Positions 1-9,519 of a stretch of DNA of 64,000 nt are shown here, piece after piece. The stretch spans positions 31,793 through 95,792 of IMG/VR virus record IMGVR_UViG_3300045825_000202; one strand, 5' to 3'. Under the pieces are notes generated by a model, which was not told where the DNA came from, did not search any database, and saw nothing but the letters and a program-made list of their open reading frames with translations. The stretch is from a virus. Position numbers and translations under genes: made by a program. Numbering within the stretch: position 1 is the first letter of the stretch; every line of letters starts with the position of its first letter.

Positions 1-2
1 GA

Positions 3-3000
3 AAGCTACCTATTTGGACGGGTAGTGCCTGGACAGTACCTACAGTTACTAGAAATCCGGTATGGGCATTTGTATACCAGTGTAAAGCAGTAGGTCTAAC
101 TGACTCGCAGTTAGACCTACCCTCCCTTAAAACTCTAGCAGATACCTTAGATGCTAGAGGGGATTACTTTGACGGAAGATTCGATAATTTTGTAAGTTTC
201 TGGGAGGCAATCTCTAAGACCTTATCAATTGTTAGAGCTAAACCCTTTATGCAGGGGGGTATACTACGTGTAATTCGTGATGCACCTCAAGCTATACCTG
301 TTGCTATGTTTAGTACTCGTAATATAGTTAAAGGCTCTGTATCCGTAGACTATATCATGCCTAGCCAGGATACTGCTGACAATATTGATATTAAGTATTT
401 TGACGAAACTGTTTGGTCTCCTCAGACTATTAGTACCTTTATAGCAGGCTCTGCTATGGCAACTAAAGCAAAGGTAGAGTTATTTGGTGTAACTAATAGA
501 AATCAAGCGTATAGAGAAGGTACGTATCAATGTGCTGCTAATAGATATCGTAGGAAGATGATTAAGTTTCAAACTGAAATGGAAGGCTTTATACCTTCAT
601 TCGGAGATTTAATCAATATTCAACATGATATGCCAGGATGGGGGCAAGCAGGAGAAGTAATATCAGTATCAGGTAATACACTTACTTTATCTGAATCGTT
701 AACTTGGGTTACTGGAACTCATTACCTAAGTCTACGTAGAAAAGACGGTAGTGTTAGCGGACCCTACGTAGCAACTGTAGGTACTGATAACACTAAAGTT
801 GTACTAACTGGTACTATTGATTTCACTATTAATACTACTTTAGATAGTGAAAGAACTTTCTACTCCTTTGGTGCAAATACTACGTATACACAACCTGCAT
901 TAGTACTATCAATTAAACCTATTTCAAATACTACAGTTGAAATTACTGCTATTAATGAAGATCCTGCTGTACATACTGCAGACCAAACTACTTCTCCAGT
1001 TGCTTTAGTTACTAGTAGTCTTACTAACTATACTAATGCACCTGAAGTAGCGTCTATAGTCGTAACTCCTGTAATATTTAGTTCTAACCTATCTATTAGT
1101 TGGAGTCCTGCACCTTGGGCGACCTCTTATATTGTACAACAAAGTAATGATAATGGAGTTACTTGGTTTACTATTGATAATACTACAACTACTAATAGTA
1201 TTAGTAGTAATAAGTACTTTTCCACTACACTTATACGTGTAGCAGCTATCAGTATTAGTAGAGGACCCTGGAAAGTATCAGGAGCAATACTTAGTAATGC
1301 TACTCCTGCCCCTATACCAGTTACGGCTATGGCTACAGGTACAGAATTAGCCATTCATATTCAATGGATATTTAATGAATTAAGAACTGATATTAACTAT
1401 ACCGAGATCTGGGTATCTAATAGTAATGATAGAACTTTAGCTACATTACTTGATAAAGTATCTTTTCCAGGACAAGTATACGACTATATTAGGTTAGCTA
1501 GTTCTACCTCAGGGTACTTCTGGATTAGAAGTATGGATAAGTATGGGTCTTACTCTACGTTCTATCCTGCTAGTGCGACAGCGGGTATGTACGCAGTAGC
1601 ATTAGGCTATATTGTAGATACTACTCCACCTCCTACTCCTACTGGTGTAGTTATTACCCCCGGATTTACTAATATAAGTATTAGTACTGATGTTCCTACG
1701 TATATAGTAGGACATGGGCCAGGTAAAACTAGAATTTATGGTGCTGAGTGGACAACTGGAGCCTTACCCGTATTTAGTGGAGCTACTAAACTAGGAGAGT
1801 TTACTGGAAGTAACTATACATATGCTGCAAAAGCCGGTACTACCTACTACTTATGGTTAAAATGGGTTAGTATTGATGGAGCAGAGTCTACTACTGGGTC
1901 AGGCGGTACTAATGGTACTGTTGCCGTAACTGGAATGGATATACCTAAAGTATTATCTAGCCTAAATGGGGCAATTACTGGAACACAGTTAGATAATACA
2001 CTTTCTACTACTATATCTCTTATTAGTGCCCCTTTAACAACAGTAGGTTCCGTTGCGTATCAAGTAGCTGCAGAAGCCGCTATTAGAACAGATAAAGATA
2101 TACTTACTTCTATATATAGAGTTGAAGATACCCAACAAAATGCGTATAACTTACTTAAATCAATTGTAACAACAGATTTAAATAGAGTAAATGCAGCTAA
2201 TGAAGTAGCACTAGCTAGATCAGACCTAACAACTGCTATTGTATCTGGTATATCTGCTGAAGCTACACAGAGAACTACGCTAGCAACTAGACTAGATACT
2301 GCTATTAATACTACAATAGCATCAGTATCTAGTGAAGCTACTGCTAGATCTAACGCAGATATCGCAGAAGCTACTCAGAGAGGAATACTTGCTGCTCAAC
2401 TACTTGGTAGTGATGGTACCGCAACTACATCAGGTGTCATTTATAACGAAGCTACTGTACGCGCAGCAGGAGATAATGCATTATCACAGCAAATTACTCT
2501 ATTATCTGCAGGTGCAGGGGAACAATTTGACTGGCAGTCTATATGGTACTTTGATACTGGAGTAGATGGATGGGCAGGTAATGGTACGCCTACTACTGCT
2601 GCAGGTTGGCTTCGTGCAGCCAACCAGGCATCAGGGGCATACGTAGAGTCTCCTGCTAGTATTGCTACAGCTTCTGCTAAGTATAACCAAATTCGGTTAC
2701 GCCTAAGAAAAACGGGTACTCCTACCTTTGCTGGTTGGGTATACTGGCAGTCTACAACAGATACTACATGGGATGTAGCTAGACGTATTGCTTTAGTAGA
2801 ACCTACGTATGATACTAATAATATTGGATTATGTACAGTATCTCCTACATGGACGGGTACTATTAATAAAATCCGTGTAGATCTATCAAGTGCTCAATCT
2901 GTTAGTAACTACTTTGAGTTAGACTGGGTTGCAGTTGGTAGACCTTCTCCTGGGGCTTCATCTGCACAATTATTAGTTGAACAAACAGCTCGTATTGATG

Positions 3001-4640
3001 CAGATAATATTATAACAATTAGTGTATCAACGCTATCTTCTCAAGTAAATAATATAACTAATGGGTTACCGGCTACTTACGCGTTACTAGCAACGGAACA
3101 AACTACACGAGCTAATGCAGATACTGCAGAAACAAATGCTAGAACTACATTAGCTGCTCGAGTTACTAATGCAGAAGGATCAATAGTAACTAATGCTAGT
3201 GCTATTAGTACTGAGGCTTCTACTAGATCAACAGCAGATTCAACAAATGCTTCTAGTATAAGTACTCTTAGCTCTCAAGTTAATGACGCTAGTACTGGAC
3301 TACCTAAAACTAGATCAGATATTATAGCAGTACAAACTACGTTTAGTAACTCTATTGAAAGTAACGTACGAGATATACGAACTCTAAAGTCTCAAAGTAA
3401 TCAACTAGATGAGGCAGTATTAAGAGCAGTACTAAATGGTGAAGACGCTACTGTTACGTATAAAGGTGAAATAGCTCTAGCTAGTCAAGAGTTAACTACA
3501 TATATTAATACAGGCGTATCTGCAGAAGCTAATGCAAGACTAAGCTTAGCTGCTATAGTTAATAATGCTACAACAGATTTAGCAACTAAGGCTAGTGTAA
3601 CTCAAGTAGCTACTGCTAAAGCAGAGGCTATTGCAGCATCTGCTTCTGTAACTGATACTATATCTGCTCGTTTAAATACGGGAGATTACGCTGCTGTACA
3701 AGTACAGTCTGTTGCTAGTGCTACTTCAGTAACAGGGTTACTAGCACAATATACTGTTAAGTTAGATGTAAATGGTAAAGTATCTGGATATGGGCTAGCG
3801 TCTACTGGACCTACGGGTACTGGGTCTACTTTTGAGGTAAGGGCTGATAAGTTCTCTATAACCGCACCTACTGGGGCAGCTGCAGGGTACTCTCCGTTTA
3901 CCGTACTAGCAGTACCTACCTTAATTGGAGATATTACACTACCCGCTGGAGTTTACGCACAAAATGCATTTATTCAGGATGGTCAAATAACTAAAGCTAA
4001 GATTCAAGATCTAGCTGTAACAACAGCTAAGATTCAAGATCTAGCTGTAACAACAGCTAAAATTGATAATCTAACTATAACAGGTGCTAAGATAGCATTA
4101 GCTACAATTGGAACTGCACAGGTAGGTACTTTAGATGCAAGTGTTATTACTGCTAGAACTATTACTACAGATAGAATTCGAGTAGGTGCTGCTACTGCCT
4201 TACAAACTGCAGGCTCTGGGTTACTTAAAGTATACCCGTTAGCTACAGACTACTATTCAGTTAATACTACTAGTACTGTTACTACTATTACTTCTACAGG
4301 GTCACCTCTATGGTTATTTACGGATATATACATATATGCACTTGCGGGCAATTCTACTACACCATTTTTTAATATTTTAGCTACTGTAGAAGTATCTAAA
4401 GATGGGGGGGCTTACACCTCTACAATAGTTAATTCTAACGTTAATATGGCTTCTGTAAGTATAGCGCCTGCATGTACTGTTGCTGTAAGACTATACCCCC
4501 ACGGTCTATTGACAACACTTGTAGCAGGGTCTACATACGCATTTAGAGTAACTTCTCAAGTATCAATTGGTGCTACTTTTGGGAATAATTCAGAAGTATG
4601 GTTAACCACTACAATTTCCGTCTTGGAGAATAAAGTATGA
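3..4640 (+). CDS. Tail tip / central tail fibre (host-specificity J-like) protein, 5' partial
   Basis: Frame is open from nt 3 (KLPIWTGSAW..TRNPVW..FDGRFD) into the 249 ORF. FN3-like segments, long Ala-rich coiled coil, C-terminal YTVKLDVNGKVSGYGL and ITTAKI repeats typical of J-like proteins. Confidence 0.9.
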   Translation, partial: KLPIWTGSAWTVPTVTRNPVWAFVYQCKAVGLTDSQLDLPSLKTLADTLDARGDYFDGRFDNFVSFWEAISKTLSIVRAKPFMQGGILRVIRDAPQAIPVAMFSTRNIVKGSVSVDYIMPSQDTADNIDIKYFDETVWSPQTISTFIAGSAMATKAKVELFGVTNRNQAYREGTYQCAANRYRRKMIKFQTEMEGFIPSFGDLINIQHDMPGWGQAGEVISVSGNTLTLSESLTWVTGTHYLSLRRKDGSVSGPYVATVGTDNTKVVLTGTIDFTINTTLDSERTFYSFGANTTYTQPALVLSIKPISNTTVEITAINEDPAVHTADQTTSPVALVTSSLTNYTNAPEVASIVVTPVIFSSNLSISWSPAPWATSYIVQQSNDNGVTWFTIDNTTTTNSISSNKYFSTTLIRVAAISISRGPWKVSGAILSNATPAPIPVTAMATGTELAIHIQWIFNELRTDINYTEIWVSNSNDRTLATLLDKVSFPGQVYDYIRLASSTSGYFWIRSMDKYGSYSTFYPASATAGMYAVALGYIVDTTPPPTPTGVVITPGFTNISISTDVPTYIVGHGPGKTRIYGAEWTTGALPVFSGATKLGEFTGSNYTYAAKAGTTYYLWLKWVSIDGAESTTGSGGTNGTVAVTGMDIPKVLSSLNGAITGTQLDNTLSTTISLISAPLTTVGSVAYQVAAEAAIRTDKDILTSIYRVEDTQQNAYNLLKSIVTTDLNRVNAANEVALARSDLTTAIVSGISAEATQRTTLATRLDTAINTTIASVSSEATARSNADIAEATQRGILAAQLLGSDGTATTSGVIYNEATVRAAGDNALSQQITLLSAGAGEQFDWQSIWYFDTGVDGWAGNGTPTTAAGWLRAANQASGAYVESPASIATASAKYNQIRLRLRKTGTPTFAGWVYWQSTTDTTWDVARRIALVEPTYDTNNIGLCTVSPTWTGTINKIRVDLSSAQSVSNYFELDWVAVGRPSPGASSAQLLVEQTARIDADNIITISVSTLSSQVNNITNGLPATYALLATEQTTRANADTAETNARTTLAARVTNAEGSIVTNASAISTEASTRSTADSTNASSISTLSSQVNDASTGLPKTRSDIIAVQTTFSNSIESNVRDIRTLKSQSNQLDEAVLRAVLNGEDATVTYKGEIALASQELTTYINTGVSAEANARLSLAAIVNNATTDLATKASVTQVATAKAEAIAASASVTDTISARLNTGDYAAVQVQSVASATSVTGLLAQYTVKLDVNGKVSGYGLASTGPTGTGSTFEVRADKFSITAPTGAAAGYSPFTVLAVPTLIGDITLPAGVYAQNAFIQDGQITKAKIQDLAVTTAKIQDLAVTTAKIDNLTITGAKIALATIGTAQVGTLDASVITARTITTDRIRVGAATALQTAGSGLLKVYPLATDYYSVNTTSTVTTITSTGSPLWLFTDIYIYALAGNSTTPFFNILATVEVSKDGGAYTSTIVNSNVNMASVSIAPACTVAVRLYPHGLLTTLVAGSTYAFRVTSQVSIGATFGNNSEVWLTTTISVLENKV
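3995..4060 (+). repeat. 30-bp perfect tandem repeat (about 2.2 copies) encoding AKIQDLAVTT
   Basis: agctaagattcaagatctagctgtaacaac x2 + agctaa. Confidence 0.9.
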
Positions 4641-5200
4641 TTTGTTTTATATACTATAATAATGCTACAGGTAGAATTCATAGCTCTTCAGAAAAGCAAA
4701 GTGAACCACCTGCTGGTTGTACAGAATTATATACTAATATAAATATATCAGATGCTAATAAGTACTACGTTACTAATAGTACTCTAGTACTTGTACCTAT
4801 ACAGTCTTCCCCAGTTCATGAGTTTAACTATGTAACTAAACAATGGGAAGACCCTAGAACATTACAGGATATTAAACTTGCTAAATGGAATCAAATAAAA
4901 CAGGCTAGAACTCAAGTAGAATATACTGGATTCATATGGAATAATCTAGTATTTGATTCTGATACAGTAAGTCAAAATAGAATTAGTGGAGCAGTTACGC
5001 TTGCTTCACTAAACCCTAGTTTTTCTATTGGATGGACCCTAGCGGATAATACTACTAGAACCTTAAATCAAGGGGAAATGATCCAAGTAGGTGCTGCCCT
5101 AGCTACTCACGTAACTACTCAGTTTGCAAAAGGTGTAGTATTACGCGCGCAAATAGAAGCAGCAATTACTATAGCAGAAGTAGAAAATATAGTTTGGTAG
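4637..5200 (+). CDS. Tail fibre assembly-associated protein (DUF4376-like)
   Basis: C-terminal FDSD..SQ.RI / WTLADN / I.AA.T..EV..I.W pattern; ATGA overlap with the tail tip gene. Confidence 0.75.
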   Translation: MICFIYYNNATGRIHSSSEKQSEPPAGCTELYTNINISDANKYYVTNSTLVLVPIQSSPVHEFNYVTKQWEDPRTLQDIKLAKWNQIKQARTQVEYTGFIWNNLVFDSDTVSQNRISGAVTLASLNPSFSIGWTLADNTTRTLNQGEMIQVGAALATHVTTQFAKGVVLRAQIEAAITIAEVENIVW

Positions 5201-5224
5201 TAAATAGGCGTACTATATTTACAC

Positions 5225-5253
5225 TTGTAGACCGCTAGCTTAAATGTTATAAT
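5225..5253 (+). promoter_or_regulatory. Sigma70-type promoter for the tail fibre gene
   Basis: TTGTAG-N17-TATAAT; shares AGCTTAAATGTTATAATA with the promoter at 6865. Confidence 0.7.
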
Positions 5254-5294
5254 AACCCAATACAAAATATTGGGTTATTTTTAAAAGGATAAAT

Positions 5295-6827
5295 ATGAGT
5301 TTTTATAGAACAGGCACTATTGCCTTAACTAATGGTTCCGCTTCTATTGTAGGTACAGGTACTGACTTTATTGTTGGAGCGAATGTAGGTGAGTGTATAA
5401 GTGCCCCAGACGGTAAATTGTACGAAATTTTATCTATACAGTCTTCAACCGCGCTAACCCTAGGAACTGTATACCTAGGGTCCACCGCTTCAGGACAAGC
5501 ATATAGTATTGTTCCTACACAAAGCTATATTAGAGATCTAGCTTCTCAAGCTGCTGCACTTGTAAATAGTTATAGTAATAGTACTGCTACACAGACCCAT
5601 GCAGCTACTACTAAAGCTACTCCAGTAGATGCAGATGAAATAAGTTTAGTAGATAGTACTGCACCTACAGTACTGCGTAAACTTACATGGGCCAATCTGA
5701 AAGCGACGTTGGCGGCATGGATCAATGGCGGGACGATACCGGGGGCATTTACGACGCTGAGTACAAATAGTGTAGTTACGTCTCTAGGTGCAAACGACTT
5801 AGTAGTTGAATCACGTACTGCAGGTGCAGGGGTATTATTCTTACAAGGTGCTAATACTATTATCCGACAAGGTTCTTCAGGTAGTTATGCACAACAAGCT
5901 ACATTCTCTACTGCAGGTCTAGCAGTTACTGGTGCGCTGAGTGCCACAGGAAAACTTAGTACCTCAGCCGCCGCAACTACTTCTCCAACTGCTACTAAAG
6001 TATCTGACTGGACTAATCCGTTATATATGGGTGCCCTACTAAATAATGGAGATTCAAATATATTTAGTTTTAGTTCAGCCGGAGTTGTTTCCTCATGTAT
6101 AGCAGGATTACGGGAAGCTACGGGCTGGAATACTGCATTAGCTTTTTATACAAATAATCTAATAGGGGGAGCTAACCCAGTAGATTCTATTCAGGAGAAA
6201 ATGAGGCTTGATTCTAGCGGTAACCTTTTGATAGGGCAGCAAAGCCTAGGAAGCGGGGGCTTATCAAATAGTTATTCAGTGGCAATAAGTAGTACCAATG
6301 CCGGAGGGTACATAACCATTAATCATCAGAATGGGGCTGTGTCTGGGTTTATATACTCAAATTTCGGGTACAACGGAGCCGCAATTGGTTCTATTACTCA
6401 AAACGGTACTACAGCAGTTGCCTATAATACTACATCAGACTACCGACTAAAAACCAATATCAGACCAGCCAACGCACTGCGATTCATGGACATTGAGTTC
6501 CATGACTTCGAGTGGACTGATGGCCGCCATGACTGTGGGCCTATTGCTCATGAACTGCAAGCAATCTACCCAGACCTAGTAACAGGCACCAAGGACGGTA
6601 CTGAAGTACGAGAAGTTGAAATTACTGCCGCAGTTCCTGCCGTACTTGATATAGATGGAGTTGAAGTTACTCCTGCTATCCCTGCTATTACGGAAGAGCA
6701 AACTTTCCCAGTATACCAACAAGTTAACTATATGGGTCTAATTGGAAGAATGGGTACTGTGATTCAGCAACAACAGAAACTAATTCAAAGTATGGAGGCC
6801 AGAATATCTGCAATAGAACTAAAGTAA
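5295..6827 (+). CDS. Tail fibre / receptor-binding protein with C-terminal intramolecular chaperone (peptidase S74-like)
   Basis: N-terminal YRTGTI.LTNGS..I.GTGTDF anchor; TTSDYRLKTNI autocleavage motif, IAHELQ.IYPDLV and terminal coiled coil. Confidence 0.88.
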   Translation: MSFYRTGTIALTNGSASIVGTGTDFIVGANVGECISAPDGKLYEILSIQSSTALTLGTVYLGSTASGQAYSIVPTQSYIRDLASQAAALVNSYSNSTATQTHAATTKATPVDADEISLVDSTAPTVLRKLTWANLKATLAAWINGGTIPGAFTTLSTNSVVTSLGANDLVVESRTAGAGVLFLQGANTIIRQGSSGSYAQQATFSTAGLAVTGALSATGKLSTSAAATTSPTATKVSDWTNPLYMGALLNNGDSNIFSFSSAGVVSSCIAGLREATGWNTALAFYTNNLIGGANPVDSIQEKMRLDSSGNLLIGQQSLGSGGLSNSYSVAISSTNAGGYITINHQNGAVSGFIYSNFGYNGAAIGSITQNGTTAVAYNTTSDYRLKTNIRPANALRFMDIEFHDFEWTDGRHDCGPIAHELQAIYPDLVTGTKDGTEVREVEITAAVPAVLDIDGVEVTPAIPAITEEQTFPVYQQVNYMGLIGRMGTVIQQQQKLIQSMEARISAIELK

Positions 6828-6830
6828 TCT

Positions 6831-6861
6831 AAAATAGCGACCCTAGGGTCGCTATTTTTTT
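6831..6861 (+). terminator. Rho-independent terminator
   Basis: aaaatagcgaccctagggtcgctatttttt perfect palindrome plus T run after the stop. Confidence 0.85.
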
Positions 6862-6864
6862 GAC

Positions 6865-6893
6865 TTGCAGATCCTGAGCTTAAATGTTATAAT
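6865..6893 (+). promoter_or_regulatory. Sigma70-type promoter
   Basis: TTGCAG-N17-TATAAT. Confidence 0.7.
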
Positions 6894-6932
6894 AGTACAA
6901 AATTATAGAGATATCAAAATTTTGGAGAATAA

Positions 6933-7364
6933 ATGATTAATAGGTATTTACTATCATTATCTAGAGCTCTATGGGATAGCGAGCTAATAGCTACAAGAAT
7001 AAGTCTTTTTCTAGCAGAACTACTATGGGCAGTTATGCTTATTTGGCCGGGAGATACTGTTGATGGAGATGATTATGCGTTAATGCATATTATTGCACAA
7101 GAAGGGTTTTGGGCAGTAATATTTACTACTACTGCTATGTTACAATTACTAATAGTACTAACAGATAATCTACATAGTAAGTTTGCACGCTATTTTGCTG
7201 CATGGAATGCATTTTTATGGCTATACGTAAGTTTTAGTATGCTATTTACAGTATACCCATTACCAGCTGCTATTGCAGGTAATATAGCACTAGCATTCGC
7301 AGCGTGTTGGATATGTATTCGACCCTATATTTTAGCAGAAGGGTATAAACATGCCGGATATTAA
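6933..7364 (+). CDS. Multi-pass membrane protein (about 4 TM, holin-like)
   Basis: Four hydrophobic stretches; GGAG RBS. Confidence 0.6.
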   Translation: MINRYLLSLSRALWDSELIATRISLFLAELLWAVMLIWPGDTVDGDDYALMHIIAQEGFWAVIFTTTAMLQLLIVLTDNLHSKFARYFAAWNAFLWLYVSFSMLFTVYPLPAAIAGNIALAFAACWICIRPYILAEGYKHAGY

Positions 7365-7683
7365 TGATAATAAACATAGTCTAAGTTTAGCAGAATGTAA
7401 TGCTATTCATAGAAAGTTAGAGATAATTCAAGAAGAATTAGAAGATATAAAGAGAAAAATAGTACAGATTGATACTGCTTTTCTACGTGATGATATAGAA
7501 GGTATCGATTACCCTGGACATAGAAAAGATCACTTAGATAGACGTGCAGCAGATACTATCATATCAGGGTATAAGGTCTCTGCTACCAAAGTAGTTATAT
7601 CTATTGTAACAACATTTTTAGTAGGGTTATTAGCCTCAGGCTTTATAGTTAAATTGACTGCTATATTTACAGGAGCGCCATAA
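7351..7683 (+). CDS. Coiled-coil protein with C-terminal TM helix
   Basis: N-terminal heptads, hydrophobic C-terminus; coupled to neighbouring genes. Confidence 0.6.
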   Translation: MPDINDNKHSLSLAECNAIHRKLEIIQEELEDIKRKIVQIDTAFLRDDIEGIDYPGHRKDHLDRRAADTIISGYKVSATKVVISIVTTFLVGLLASGFIVKLTAIFTGAP

Positions 7684-8267
7684 TGGTACCTACTAAACTT
7701 AATTTTAAGATATACCAAGGCAGTACCTTTAAAGAAGTATTACGCTGGGAATCCTCAGATAAAGGTTACGCTACTATTACAGGTATTACTAGTGCAGCTC
7801 CTGTAATAGTTACTTCGGTAGGGCACGGAATTCCAGTAGGGTGGAGAACTAAAATTACTAATGTAGTAGGTATGAAGGAAATTAACTCTTCTGATACTTA
7901 TTATAATATCTCCGCTACTACAGAGAATAGTATAACTATTAACTCTGTAAATAGTATTGCGTATACTGCGTATACTAGTGGAGGTATACTAGAGTTTAAT
8001 ATACCTAATAGCTTATTAAATCTAACTGCTAAAATGCAGATCAGAAGTAAGATTGATTCAATTGATATTATTAAGGAACTTACTACTGAAAACGGCGGTA
8101 TTGCTATTGATAATACTGCTAAAATAATAACTATAACTATTAGTGCTGCTGATACAGCATTATTGACTATTACTAGCGCAGTATATAGTTTAGAACTTAT
8201 ATCGGGTATAGAAATATATCCATTTATTGAGGGTAGTATAACCGTCAATAAAGAAGTAACAAGATGA
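7683..8267 (+). CDS. Putative virion structural protein
   Basis: LNFKIYQGSTF..TAKMQIR..VYSLEL..EG.ITVNKEVTR pattern common in phage tail/baseplate accessory proteins. Confidence 0.65.
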   Translation: MVPTKLNFKIYQGSTFKEVLRWESSDKGYATITGITSAAPVIVTSVGHGIPVGWRTKITNVVGMKEINSSDTYYNISATTENSITINSVNSIAYTAYTSGGILEFNIPNSLLNLTAKMQIRSKIDSIDIIKELTTENGGIAIDNTAKIITITISAADTALLTITSAVYSLELISGIEIYPFIEGSITVNKEVTR

Positions 8268-8332
8268 TTCTAGTAGGATCATAATTAAGTAGTTATATAC
8301 TACTAGTAACTCATTTTTAAAAGGATCTTATT

Positions 8333-8743
8333 ATGGCATCAAAACTAAATTATTCAATTGCGGCTGAACAAGCCCAATTAGCAGGAACTACTTCTACAGT
8401 AGGTGCTGCAGGACTACTATATCTATACTCTGGTGTACAACCTTCCAGCACAGCAGGCGCTGATGGTACCCTAGTTGCTGGTCCATTTACCCTAGGTACA
8501 CCTTTTGCAGGTGCTTCTACTGCTGCATTACCTTCCGTCCTTAGTCCTACCTTACCTGCTAATGTTAATGCTAGTGCATCGGTACAGCCAACTTGGTATC
8601 GTGTTAAGACCTCGGGTGGTACAGCAGTTTTTGATGGTTCTGCTGGAGTAGCTGGTTGTGATATGACTATTGGATTACCTACTTCAGGTCAACCAGTTGC
8701 AATCACTGCCTGGACTATTACTAGTGGTAACTCAGGTCACTAA
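8333..8743 (+). CDS. Putative virion structural protein
   Basis: LYLYSG.QP / WYRVKTSGGTAVFDG / ITAWTIT beta-rich pattern; AAGGA RBS. Confidence 0.65.
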   Translation: MASKLNYSIAAEQAQLAGTTSTVGAAGLLYLYSGVQPSSTAGADGTLVAGPFTLGTPFAGASTAALPSVLSPTLPANVNASASVQPTWYRVKTSGGTAVFDGSAGVAGCDMTIGLPTSGQPVAITAWTITSGNSGH

Positions 8744-8746
8744 AAT

Positions 8747-9157
8747 ATGTTAACCTTAGCAGAACTTAAGGCTAAAGTACCGACTACGGTACTTAGTACC
8801 GGAGATACCATAGCGATTGCTACTGTTGTTTCTGTAGGTAGAGTTAAGACTATTAGTTATCAGGGTGGAATTGGAACTATTATGCAAGCACTAGGCCCTA
8901 CGCTAGGTGCTGCACTTTTAGACCAATTAGATGCTCTTACTACTACAGTACCTGCAGTTAAATGGGGTATGAAATTAATAAATGCTGGAACCTTCGACTT
9001 TGGGTTACCTAGTTCGCAAGGTATGATTGACCAATTAGTACTAGATCCTACTATGAATGCTGCTTTAAAAGCTGTAGCTACTATACCTGATCCAGTTACT
9101 GAGTATGAGGTGCGTTGTGCACTATATGACCCAATCGATGGTCACTTTTTGGGGTAA
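8747..9157 (+). CDS. Hypothetical protein (structural module)
   Basis: Tightly packed ORF in the operon. Confidence 0.7.
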   Translation: MLTLAELKAKVPTTVLSTGDTIAIATVVSVGRVKTISYQGGIGTIMQALGPTLGAALLDQLDALTTTVPAVKWGMKLINAGTFDFGLPSSQGMIDQLVLDPTMNAALKAVATIPDPVTEYEVRCALYDPIDGHFLG

Positions 9158-9160
9158 AAT

Positions 9161-9517
9161 ATGGCATCAACAAAAACAGCAAAGACACTATTAACTAGTC
9201 AATCTTTAGCAGCAGCAACTGCGGTTAGTGTAACTGAGTGGAGTATGGGTACTTGTTATGGAGGTTTAGCATGTGTTAAACTTACTAATGGGGCTGCCGC
9301 TCCTACTACAGTTCCTATAATTAAATTTTATGTAGGAGAAACTACAGGTACTAAACGGATACTTTATCAAATATCAGGCGATACTGTTAATAGTTCAGTA
9401 AATGACTATGTGTGTGAAGTACCTGCTAGTGCTATGTTCTGTAATATTACAGTTACTAATGGTGCTACTAATGCTATTACAGTTGAGGCGTACGGGCAAG
9501 AACTCACTACGATTTAA
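9161..9517 (+). CDS. Hypothetical beta-rich virion protein
   Basis: Tightly packed ORF, Thr/Ser-rich. Confidence 0.7.
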   Translation: MASTKTAKTLLTSQSLAAATAVSVTEWSMGTCYGGLACVKLTNGAAAPTTVPIIKFYVGETTGTKRILYQISGDTVNSSVNDYVCEVPASAMFCNITVTNGATNAITVEAYGQELTTI

Positions 9518-9519
9518 TT